Source: Tubiluchus corallicola
Lineage: Eukaryota > Animalia > Priapulida
Assembly (NCBI GenBank): GCA_030141605.1
Contig: JAQGDQ010000428.1
Coordinates: forward strand, 135,337-199,336
Direction: 5' to 3'
DNA length: 64,000 nt
Positions within the stretch are counted from its first letter, which is position 1. Every line of letters begins with the position of its first letter. The notes beneath the pieces are model-generated. The model searched no databases. It was not told where the DNA came from and saw nothing but the letters and a program-made list of their open reading frames with translations. The position numbers were made by a program, and so were the translations under genes. Below, piece after piece: positions 24,201 through 36,480 of the stretch.

Positions 24201-27200
24201 TTTGGTCATAACAATATCCCACTTTGAAATGTTTTAGGTGCTTGAAAGAGATCTTGAATTAGTTTTCAATTTGGACTGATCGATCTGGTCGGGTCTAGTC
24301 TGCACTCAACTCTGCAATCTGTTGCTTATCGAAGATATTTTGCTACAGTATGCTTCTTTGCCGCTACTGTCACGGAAAAGCTTTCAAGATCTCTCCTAAA
24401 TGCAGACAGTTTGCTCAAAGAACTTATTTTGCTGCTGTTTCTCATAAAGCTTCTTACTCACAAGTCTTTAAGCCACCCACAAGCCTTTTTAATTATATAT
24501 ATTTTCTAATAAAATATGGTTGCTTTGCCTTACTAACTTGCTTAGACAGTTATCAGTAATGCTTGATGCACCCTAGAGCGTATACTCACACTTTGCCACC
24601 TTCTTGCACTATCACAGGCTCTGCATCTAGGAAAGGAATGCATTTAAACTCCAGCAGTGCATGGTAGAGTGGATGTGTGAGAAAATCTCCTACCCACTTT
24701 GCAACCATTATAGCTACCATGATGGGCAATAAAAACTGCACATCGTTTGTGATTTCAATCTGTTGAACAAACAAAAAAACAAAGGTTATTTCTTTAAAAG
24801 ATTTTCCATTTGTTACACAATCTCAGAAAATTTTTTTGCTTGCACAACACTAATGCAACGTGATATTACCATTATCACAGTAAGTGACATGGTGAGGCGT
24901 GACACACCACCAAAAAATGAAGCTCCACCAATCAAAGCAAAAGCACCAGGATCCATCCACGACCAATATGGGGAATCATTGACAGTGTGAATGCCAAACA
25001 TTGATACCAAGCTCAAACCTACAATTCTTCCATACAGTCCACCTATAAATCTGAAACATAAAGACATTAAATATTAATCATGGTAATACAGTCGAACAAC
25101 AATTTCACCATCTGCTTTGCAAAGTTATTAACTATTTACTTACACACTTAATTGTAACTGATTAATAATGAAGATTAAATCTAAACATTAATGTACATTA
25201 ACTTTAATGTACTTCATTTTAAATTGTAATAAAGGTTACTACATCAACAAATTATGTTCAACTGCACATACACATTGGAAGCCATCAAATCAATTAATTT
25301 CACAATATTTAATTGTAAAAGCCTGTGCAGCCCAAACACTTACAGCATCGGCACTACTAAACCACACGAAATAGCTGTGCCTGATACCCAGCAAGCTAAC
25401 AAGAAGTACACCACCAACACAGAAACCAACGACACGTAGCCAAACTGCAAATGTGTGTTGCGTGAATAAAGATGTTGAATTCCAGCCTCTCCTGTACCAA
25501 ACAAGAGAGTGGCGACTATAATTATAATACTATATAAACTGAAACATATAATTATAATACTATATAAACTGTAACATATAGTTAGAATGTTCTGAAACTA
25601 AATATACTGATCATGTTCAAGATATCAATTATTTTATGACACAACTCACTATAAATAAAGCCAAATATTTGTATAATTTTGAAAAAGTTCATGGAAATAA
25701 TGATCTTTAATTAATTTTCAACTTCTGTAAATATTCAGGATTATAATTAATGTCGCAGTAAAATTACATTTCATGTAATGATGCATCTCGCTTGTCACTA
25801 GATAAATTGTTTTATATGTTATGTTTTTGCTATATTACTTGGCTGCAGAAAATGCTGAATTTGTCATTAAACTATATATATATTTATAGTGCAAATATAA
25901 ACTATATATATAGCCGTCAGTGCAAAAATTTTCACAATTTTCAACAGATGATGTCAACAAATGACTGTTTACATGGATTTACTATAATAAACTGTATTTT
26001 GATTATAGCTATAAACTGTATAAAATAAATGTTCTACAAAAGCCTCTAATTGCCTACGAACTGCCCTTAATGTAACAGAATAAAACAATGTCATTAATTG
26101 AATTCTAGCCCCATATGAAACTTCCATGCTGGTCACAATGGTTTGAATGAAATTTAAATGGAAGAAATGCAAATGGCAGAAATTTTATCAGTTAACAATA
26201 ATCTGTCTCAATCTTTATAAGTACTAATGTAATAGTAACATCTTGCAGGAGATATTTAATACAACAATCAAGTTTAATCCAAGCCTAATACATTAGAGTT
26301 AAAACAGTTAACACATAAATTTTGTTTAGCATTTAGCCATTGTAATTATCGACAATTAACTTTTCTGTATATTTTACATAATTCCCACCTTCACTATATG
26401 TCCCATTGGTAAATTCAGTTCCGTTTTTCACAACTGTAGTTCCTACTGGACAAGTGTAGTTTAAAATTGTATCTTCTGTGTGTACAGGATAATTTGTATT
26501 GTTCAAACATTCCTGGCTGCAAATTTAAGAAAGAGTGAGTTTGTTGCAAATGCATCTCTAAATCAACCAAGAAATCTTCCGTTTTAAATTTGTTACAAAA
26601 ACATTTACATTAACACTCATAACTAGCAGAGTAGAGCTTTTTAAGAACTTAAAATAAGAACAAAATAATCAGTTCAACACTTCTGCAAACAGGTTGTAGT
26701 AACAGCCACAAATTTAAAAATTAATCTTGCCTTTTAAACACAGTGAACAGCATTACTAGAAAGTTAGACAGCTTGCATGATGTCAATAACAATAAAAAAA
26801 TCAAGAGTATGCTGTATCAGCATTTGGGGAGTGAAGCTTTTACAAGGTAGCATAATATAACAAAAAGACACATAATTTTAACTATGTCAATGGAATTACC
26901 TGAAGTAGTCTCCTTTGAAATAGCAAACAAAGTTTGAACAAGGAAATGCAGCTGGCAGCATTACGCTTGCAGAAGCCATAACCACCTGAAAAAACAATGG
27001 TTGTAATTTCAAAATAATTATTATATTATGTAACACAATGAAAACATTTCACAAAACAACTTCATTAGTTTTTATAAGAAAAATTCTCTTTTTAACAAAA
27101 CATATTTTTAGAAATGAGAGCACAACAATTATCTTTTGAACTTGAAACTAGGATTCAATGTAAAGCACAATCCCATTAGTATATCACTAATCTGTGCATC

Positions 27201-30200
27201 ATTTGCATACAGACTATCCAGTGCTCCATAATGTAGTCATTATCATTTATGACTTTACAAACAGTTTGTAAAATTAGTTTATCATGGAACCAGGATTACA
27301 AAATACAAAAGTCTATCAATGTTCAGGCAAAGGCATTTTTGGAATAAGGTATCTTTTTATCTTGTGTAGTCCAGTCAGACCATGGGAGATAGCTCCATAG
27401 TAAAGAAATAATTAGGGCAATGCAAAAAAGTGTTTAAAATGAGGTAAATCGTGTACACATTATTATATCTACCATTAAAACAATTTTAGAGCTCACCATT
27501 GCTAAAATAGGTTCTATTAACTTGCACATTTTCTGCATATGTGGAGAGGATATGAGGGAGAGTAACTTTCTTCTTATTCTAGCAAGCTTAAGAACTGAAA
27601 ATGTAAAACCAGCACCAAGGATTCCTCCAATGACTCCTATGACTACAGTGGGCAAAAATGCCAAAATGTTTACTGCTAAACCATCAGTCACCTAGAAAAA
27701 CAGTATATTAGTATATATTTTAACATGCACATCACAGAAACAGTCAGGCTTACATGACTTTTACAGTGCTTGCCTTTTCAAGTGTGAGCTCGTGTCTCAT
27801 CATGCCCTGTATTTTGAATATAGTGTGCCCCTACTTGTCAAAGTCACTAACAAAACACCAATTTCTGCTGATTTTCAGAGTCACTCGAGAGGCGACATAG
27901 AAATCCACTGTTTGGAAACTAAATAAGTAAAAACCTCTAACTAATAAATGATTCAGTAAACAAGCAAAAAATGCAGTTTTTATTTCAAATCATCTACTTT
28001 CCCTTGAGGCATTTTTCCATTCCTTTATGCCAGCACACTACCATTATCGGCAACAGAATGAGGCGTGCATTCTTATTGGGCAATCTGCAACATCTTAGCC
28101 AATCATCTTGCTACTCACATACTAACCCCTATGATACTATTTCACTTGTGCTTGGTCACTGATCAGCACTTCGTGGTTTCACGGCAGATGCAAAATTATA
28201 TATACGTACTTACTAAGTACTTATAACCTTACAGGTAATGTAATTGTACAATGCTAGTCCAATAATCTGTTATTGTTGAAATTATAATATAATCTACTGT
28301 AATTGCATTAAAACTTGGCAAACACTTTCACTAATTAAACTAGGAATTGGTAAACCAGTACAGTAATTATTATTCCAGTGATTCAGTTATTATGTCTATA
28401 AGGATAAGAAAAATTGCTTAAAAGAGTACTAACAGTTCTCCTCAAAAATTTAATTGGAGTTTTTTATAGTTCTCCTGGATTTTGAAGACAAGAACTGTTT
28501 TTACAATTGCTACATGTGCATTATAAACACACGTAAAATATAAAAATGAGTTTAAAATTACTAGTTGTTACACACCTGAAACAAAATGTACTTTTCTGAT
28601 TTGAACAACCCAAAGCTGCCCATATATCTAAAACCGGAAAAAGCAGAATTGAACAAATCCGTAGTCACTGTAGACACCATACAGCAGAAAAATGTCTGCC
28701 AGGAGAGTTTCATGTTCCAAAAGGATGAGACTTCTTCCATAGCAAACAGAAGACCACCCACTGGAGCACCAAATGCAGATGATACGCCAGCAGCTGCACC
28801 TGCTGATATAAAATTCCTCCTAAAACATAAAAGAAACGAGATTTAACATTTAACACTCAGTATTCAAGATTCTGGTTGGATAATAAACTATGTTACGAGA
28901 GAATAATAATACCTGCCATTTTATTATTAAGTTGTTTTATTAAAATTTAGTTTTCTTATTAATATTTTGTGTTCCAATATCACAACTAATTTTCCAAACA
29001 GGCATGCTAGAAAAGTAAAAAATACAACCATAATAAGTATGACTACCTTAAAGTAAATAAATGTAAAATCATGTACAATAAGTAATCACCAGTAACGAAA
29101 AGTATTCAAATGTTGTTAGTTATGGTTTTGTTGTTATTAACAATCAAAATTCAGCAATAGTAATGTCTGCAACAACTACATTGCAAAACTGTTGCACTTA
29201 GTCTTTGAACAAACACAACATAGAGTCATATATTAGCCATTTGTACTGTTAAGGAAAACACAGATTAACTAACTTAACTAACAATAACATACCTGTCTTC
29301 AGAATTCCGAAATCTTGAGAAAAAGGGAAGATGCAGATTCAAAGTTTCAGATCTGAATTGACTGAGGCCAGCTCCAATCAAACCACTACGGATAACAAAT
29401 AAACCAAAAATAAAATAGTGAACATTAAGAAAACTGAAAATTAAATCAAAACTCACATATTCTGTGCTGATATGGTGAAACATTGATTTACAGTTATGTG
29501 TCTCATAACACTAAGAGAGAAAATACTGTTTTCTCACCCAAGATGTATCATTGGCCCTTCTGGTCCAACTGGCAGTCCACTTGCAACAGCGAAACAGCAA
29601 GAAAAGAATTTGACTAGCATCGTTTTTAAATTAAATACATGTCTGACAATTGTGCCATTTAAGAAGCCAATTAACTCTGGTATCCCTGAACCTGCAGCAC
29701 TAGGCCTCCAAAACTAAAACAGTAACCATGTTAGTTTGCTATCATTATTACAATATAGCAGATTTTAAATGTATCAACAACACTTAAGCTATATTGATAA
29801 GCTAAATAAAGTCTCTACTCAACGGCAGCTCGTGGGACTACAGCACCCCATATTTTCACTCAATATAATAAATCTTTTTTCTTTAGTTCTTGCTTTATAC
29901 TTGTACATAACCAGAGCATGTGAGGGTAGTACCGTTTGCTTATACAGTGCGCTCCAGCAATGCGGTGTTTGGCTGTTGTGCGCATGCGGCCATGCGCACA
30001 TGTCTAAGCCAAGATAGAGAAAGTATTGTCACCCACACAGTTTGTTATTAGTTGTCACGTGCTTACAGTGAACGGATCAAGCTTGAACTGCGACAATTTA
30101 GGCTATTACTAAGCAAAAAATATTTTTTTATTTAGGATTTTATCGTAAAATCACAACTTTCATATGTTTGTTTGTTTAAACTTGCAATTACAAATTATAA

Positions 30201-32041
30201 CACTAAAGTTACATATGTTCATTTTGTTTTACACAATATTAAAACAGTGGCTAAAATTTTCTGAAGCAAAAGCCCCCAATAATTTCAGCTATGAGCCACC
30301 AATGTCCCTACTGCTTTGTTGAGTGTGTTGTGTTAAAATAAATATAAAATTTGGACAAGTACAAGGAGTGACAAGGAAGCCTAAAACAAAAAACTTATTA
30401 ATTTACGCTATTTAACAATTTGATAAATGGCTCACAAATTAAATAACACATGCGCATTAAGATTACGAAAACACAAAAAGGTGCTTTTAATGTACAGTTT
30501 TTAAGTACTAACCACAACAGCCACAGAGCTGAAGAACACCAACACACAGCTGTAACCAAGTACCCAGCCCCAAGCTTTCACGTAATTAGCATCTTGCAAA
30601 AATTCTGTGGCCTTGTCCCACTTGAACGAAACGATAACGTCGATTAATTGATGAAGCAAAAATCCCACCATGCCAATTGTGAAGCCAATCATTCCCATCA
30701 TAATCCATCTGTCCCATTCCAAACTAAAAAGATATTTCAAAAATTTTAGCTTTTAAAAGTTAAAATCAAGCATTAAAAACTACCCAAATACACCTAGATG
30801 AAAAAATGTATCGTGGCCTAATCCTGGCAAATGAATTGCTTAGTTTGATCAAAATGACTAAATTATGATTATAATATTAATCACATGCAACTCAATTATG
30901 AAATACTTTTAAAACTTAACTTGTAAAATTCAACTATATTAAGTTGTTCACCATTCCATAAAATTTGCCCTTAAGCCGTTGTGGAAACACAATATCTCCA
31001 AGATATTTTTTGCATCCATTTTTTTTAAATTACTACATGACAGTAGCCAGTTCAAAAGAGATACTAAAGCATATATGTACTGCGCAGATGTTTGCAGAGT
31101 AGCACAGTACATTTTTAATAAATGCCCAAAAAATTTCCAAGGTTGATGATAGCATCTCTGCATTATATCTGAAATTTAATGGTAGTTCAAAAATACTAGA
31201 AAAAATGAAAGTCTGTTAACCGTTTAATAATGCTGAACAGCAAAATGCAAGGCTCGTGTGTTTTTATAGACTCACCGAGCAGGTTGACGAAGAATCCAAT
31301 TTTTATAAACTTGGCTATGTGGAGGCAGATAATCAAGACTATCATACAAGCTCAGTGCTTGTCTTTCTTTTGCAGTGTATTTATGATTAACATAAGCACT
31401 TTCAAAATCTCTTCCCTAAAAACACGTAAAAACACATTATTGTTTTATGATAATGACAGTGTATGAAACATAATAATTTATTACAGTATGAAGTAACAAT
31501 TTTCATATCACCAGGTACTGAATGTCACTATATTGTACTGAATGTGATTATAATAAAAACTTCAAACACAAATGTCAAATACAAATTGTATTACCAGATT
31601 AAAATCTTATTTAATGCTAAAATGTTCTTGTAGCAGCAAACCAAATTGATTTTCATTTAAGTAAGGTGAGTGTGTTAATGATCGTATGGTTGCACATTCA
31701 CCACGCATTACTCAAATTATTTTATTTTAAATTTACTGACGTGTTTGATATTGTATTTTTTGATGTGTGAAATAAAAATTCATAATTTCATAGTTTTTTG
31801 CTTTGATTTGCTAATGGTGCCCAAATGTTTTAAACTTTTCTAAAACATTAACGTTTTGAAACAGGAGTTACAGAAATGCTGAGTCACATTTTACCTGTGC
31901 AAAGAATTTATATTTATCATCATCAGGATGATGGAACAGATCATCAATTTCGTTCTCACTCATGACGTTAAGAGGCACGGCAGAATTTGAAAACTGGCGT
32001 CTCTTCAGTGACGTTTCTTCCAACTGCGTATCACCAAACAT
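21222..32041 (-). CDS. CLC-family H+/Cl- exchanger with two CBS domains (ClC-6/7-related, 'chloride channel protein C'-like), about 853 aa
   Basis: 16 phase-consistent exons: 31895-32041, 31276-31415, 30513-30723, 29538-29713, 29293-29385, 28576-28819, 27497-27691, 26900-26985, 26389-26516, 25344-25515, 24870-25050, 24590-24759, 23404-23580, 22649-22748, 21624-21719, 21222-21467. Motifs: YDSLDY, GSGIPE, GPEGPMIH, FGAPVGGLLFAMEE, CGLVVPML, SRLTMSLTVIMIE, HPLY, HGGFPVV (CBS1), FRTLGLRHLVVV...GVITRKDL (CBS2). The start may instead be an MNK micro-exon at 32975-32983. Confidence 0.95.
22940..23210. repeat. Degenerate pentanucleotide microsatellite (CATAA/GTAAC/GATAA)n
   Basis: Seen directly. Confidence 0.9.
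24075..24460 (+). mobile_element. Degenerate non-LTR retrotransposon (LINE, CR1/Jockey group) reverse-transcriptase fragment
   Basis: Frameshifted translation ISGSVSQSCVAFSTLFLLLFVN...YADDMT...LERDLELVFNW...STLQSVAYRR...LLCRYCHG resembles LINE RT SGVPQGSVLSPTLFLLFINDL / YADD / DLxxIxxW and the C-terminal LQPLSHRR...FYRYFH. Confidence 0.75.
25517..25580. repeat. 30-bp tandem duplication at a CLC splice acceptor
   Basis: TATAATTATAATACTATATAAACTG(A/T)AACA x2. Confidence 0.9.
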
Positions 32042-32139
32042 TATCTCTGCTCAAAAAACATTGTCAATAAGTATTACATTCTTGCAGAGTAATGAGTTTA
32101 TTAGTCAAACCTCCAGAAAAATTTTTACACATAAACCTG

Positions 32140-32905
32140 CAACAACAAACACATGACTCACACAACACAACCCACACTGCCCATACGACATCACCTACAC
32201 CTACCACCCATACCACATCACACACCTGCCACTCTATACCAATACCAATCACACCACCCACAGTACACTACAACAAACTATAACCCACACTGCCCATACC
32301 ACATCACCTACACCCCACCACTCATACCACATCACACACCTGCCACTCTATACCAATACCAATCACACCACCCACAGTACACTACAACAAACTACCTACA
32401 CTACACCACAGCACAGAGTTACACCCATCATTTCACACCACAACTACCACACCATCCATACCATGTGCTGCCATTGTTGCCAATGGTGATGATGATTGCA
32501 ACAAATATGACGGTGAAGCAGCAGTGGCAACAACAACGACGATGACAACAACAACAGTAGCAGCACCTTCAACAACAAAAACAACAACAACAACAATAAC
32601 AGCAGAAGTAGCTGCAGATACAGCAGCAACAGCACCAACATCGATGACAATGACAATGATGGTGGTAATGGCAGGAACAGCAGTAGCAACAACGACAATA
32701 ACAACAATGGCAACAACAGGAACAACAACAACAACAACAACAACAATAACAGCAGAAGTAACAGCAGATACAGCAGCAGCAGCACCAACATCGATGACAA
32801 TGACAATGATGGTGGTAATGGCAGCAACAGCAGTAGCAACAACGACAATAACAACAATGGCAACAACAGGAACAACAGCAGAAACAATAACAATCTACAA
32901 TAACA
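32140..32905. repeat. Compound low-complexity block: CA-rich unit of about 113 bp x2, then (CAA/CAG)-rich 150-bp unit x2
   Basis: Units start at about 32168/32282 and about 32581/32731; this explains the poly-T/L/H ORFs in the track. Confidence 0.9.
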
Positions 32906-32974
32906 AAATGATTGGCTCGTAGATGAAATTAAAATTAGCATACTGAAAAAATGTGCAAACATTCCACACAGTAC

Positions 32975-33530
32975 CTTGTTCATTTTTTTATCAACCCCTA
33001 TGGGACTGGGAGAAACGAGTCGTATGATATATCAATGTTCAGTAGTTTCAGAGGTATCTTGTATACATAAATTCCTTAATATAGCTAAAAAATAAATAGT
33101 ACAAGGCAATTTTTATGTATTACATAATTACGTGTCCATTTAACAGCTTTTTATGCAGTGAACACATCATTAGTAATTTGGCTGATGTAGCCATAACCAT
33201 TTATACTTTTGAACATTGACAGCACATGTGAAATTACAGACCAATAGTAATTACTTTTACCACATCCGGGCTTGCTAGTAAAGTATGAATCTACTTTTGC
33301 TGTTGAATTTACTTGTGAACCATTAGTCACAAATCTATCCTTGAATCATCAAGGTTATCATGGACCAGAAGACTGGAGGCAGTTCTAACACATGAATCCA
33401 ACTCGCTCGATGAAATGAAACGATACCAAAGACAATGCATAGTTTTACGTTAAGCTTTTATTGCCACGAAACAACTACTCCGTGACGCCAATAACGGAAT
33501 TACACGTCTCCGATTGATTGCGCTGTATTT
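32975..33530 (-). promoter_or_regulatory. Putative CLC promoter and 5' leader exons (about 33261-33460 and 32975-33084)
   Basis: CpG-richer patch with CCAAT/CGTCAC motifs at about 33480-33520. Donor G|GTAAAA at 33260, acceptor TTTTTTAG at 33085, donor AAG|GTACTG at 32974. Confidence 0.5.
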
Positions 33531-35909
33531 ATACACACAATCTCTATAATCTTACATCACAAATAATAAGTTTACTATTAAAATGATAATAAGATTGACA
33601 TCGAAATGCTCGTGGTAGATTCAGTGCACTTGCTCCGCTCTTTGCAATTTCTACTCCAAAGTGAAGTAATGTGACTCCACATAAGGATAATCTAACCGAA
33701 AAAATGTATCACATCATCCGCAATTTTGGAACATTTGCACGAACCCAAAATTAATGATCCCAGTTATTTAAACGGAATTTAAACCAAAGATCTGTAATAA
33801 ATCGGTCTCGGTCACAGTTGCACTTACAGGACGGTAAAATTGTCAACCTAGTGTCAAGTGATCATTCAGATAATCTCACAAGAGTAAGACTTGCAAATTC
33901 AGCAAGGTTAGCCATTAGAATGGTCACATTTAACTCAATGCAATTTACTGAGTTTTAGTCAAACCAATGGAAAAACAAATTCAGGAGTTGATGTTTTTTC
34001 ACATCTCGCAAAGAGCAAAGAAATTTTCAAGAGACTCACAAATCAATTCACGGCAAAAGGCTTAAATTCGTTTAACGAAGAGAGTGTAGATAAAAGATAC
34101 TGCATTATATAAGGCAACCCTAAATTCTATTAGTGACACTAATTGCTTACTAGATTTGGAAACTGATAGCCAAATAAGCCAATAAATTCAATAATCTGCC
34201 TCAAAATTCTAAGTTGTTTTAAAATAGTGAATTTGGACTGTGCCAAAAAGTCAACTGTCTACACAAGGAATACTTTAGGTTATTTTCATAGACTGCTGGT
34301 CAACATTCACTCTTATTAGCACAGTAAACCAATCAATGATCAAGCCACATGTGATCAAAGAGAAATCATAATCACTGTGTTAACATGAACAGTATATTTA
34401 ATCGCCATTGCTATACCAGTAATAACAAGGTTCTACAAATAAAGGTAGGAAAATAAAAACTTGCTAATAATTTTGAAGAAAATTGAATATATTTGCACTT
34501 TTCGGTGAATCTTATTAAACCATGCAAAACTAAATAAATGGACTAAAAGCAAAGATGTCTTAAATTCAGTTTTTTGCTTGGATTGATGATATTAAAATTT
34601 TGTTAATTATGAACTAAGGCTTCTAAATTGGCTGATATTGCTTCAGGGTCAAAACACCAAACTCAGCTGAGGGACTTTCCTCTGGTTTCCAGGACCGAAT
34701 AGCTTTGCCGCTTTTCAACATTACAGTATACAGGATTTCTTTTACTCGCCCAGACTCCTTAGTTAAGACTATTGCTTTTTGGACAACCTGACAGGCGTTC
34801 AGCAATTAGCACTACACTTTTTTGCAATTTAACGCACTCAGGCGGTAGATACGGCCGTTCAGTATCTTACATTAAAACTTACACCGAAATAGGAGAGACC
34901 CGAACATCCAAAAACTAAAAGGAACATTAAATTTTGGGAAGACCATCATTTTCGGCATTAATTTTCGCAGTTGTATTATTTTTTGAAGCACTTATCAAAG
35001 CAATGACAGAAATCTTTCTGTCATGCAGTTTGTCCCAAAGTATATAAAAGCAAAGTAGGGAAACTACTGTGCAGCATTTCGCGTAGTTAGTATCGCCCTA
35101 TCGGCACAGCAGTACGGACTGTTGTTGTCAGGTACGCTATAACGTAAGCCAGTAGCATATGAATTGATGAGACTAACAAAGCAAGGCCGGTTAACAGGTG
35201 CTCATAAATTGCTCAGCAGTGAGTTGCGAAAACACAAATAAAAATATCTTTTTAAATTTCGCAAGGATGCAGCCAGGTAATTATAATAAAATGTTAATTA
35301 TAACACAGTTTTGTAACTTTTGTTGCAAGTTAAATATCTTGTACACTAAGCAAAGACTGCAAGGCCTACATCTCTCTTTGGCGATTTATATCAGCTGTTA
35401 TATTTTTGAATATTATTTAAAGCAAGCATAAGGCATTAAGAATAATTAGTAGTTAAAATAAAAACTATTATAATCATATCACATGAAAATTAATAGGCTT
35501 ATTTACAAAAAAAGTTAAGACAGTTTGCGTCACTTCCCTTCATCTTTTTTACACGTTGGTTTGTCCAGTCAGATAAATCAAGTCAATTGTCGGTTTTCGA
35601 ACTAACCAAAGATTGACGTAATCTGATAAGTGTTCTGTATCACTGTTCACTAGAGGATATATATATATATATAGCATCGAATATCCTACAGAAAATTGAT
35701 AGGCATTAAATAGCTGGACAGTATATCCAATGATGATCCATATGATGTGATGAAGAAAAACCGCTAGATTGGAATAAACAAATTGAAGTAAAAAATTGCA
35801 CGGATTGGGAATTGCATTAAAACTACCTCAAGACTCTCTCCTCCTATAACATTATGTAAAGCTCTTGAAATGACTGAAAATCTAAGAGGGGGTCAACTAC
35901 TGATACTGT

Positions 35910-35940
<31 letters not shown>

Positions 35941-36279
35941 CTGGACTGGCAGCAAACAGATAGGAGTGTGTAGTATGAACAGGAGGAGCGTGCCATGTTT
36001 CACAACATACCAGGTAAAAGTGTGCAAATGATGATAATAATGATGATGAACATTGAACGTTTGAAACGAGCAAGTCTGTTTGTGGCCACCTTAACAGTCA
36101 CCTTTGATTTCTCAGTGAAATAATGTCTTTAGACCTTTTTAATTAGTAAGAATGAATTCCTTGACCACTAAGAAATTTTAAAAAACCCAATAATTAAAAC
36201 TACTAAAATCATCATCATAATGTGCAGCAGAAGGTGTGATAAGGCCAACAAATATGTAGCCTACTATATGAACAACCGT

Positions 36280-36480
36280 ATTTGCGGGTATCTTAGCCGC
36301 CATCTTGAATTCAAAATACGATAATATATTTGAATTTTTAAGCATCAGATATGGATTTCTTGACTTTGAAATCCTATGTTTAATCAACAAAAGCATCATC
36401 CTTCTTACTCTAATGGCCAAGATATCATGGTTTTATCAGCTAGCAGCACCATATCTTGTCGGCCCATTTTGAAGATAGCA
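36280..36480. mobile_element. Fragment of a non-autonomous repeat with GCCGCCATCTTGAA motifs (Helitron/Helentron-like)
   Basis: GCCGCCATCTTGAATTCAAAAT and GGCCCATTTTGAA motifs typical of invertebrate non-autonomous repeats; the superfamily call is an inference. Confidence 0.4.

Noticed and set aside
28586-29717. + strand ORFs over CLC exons (also 21304, 24763, 30450; 40329 over MEAK7)
   Set aside because: Antisense shadows of real exons.
32064-32983. Long poly-L/T/H ORFs (up to 179 aa)
   Set aside because: They are translations of the compound microsatellite block inside a CLC intron.
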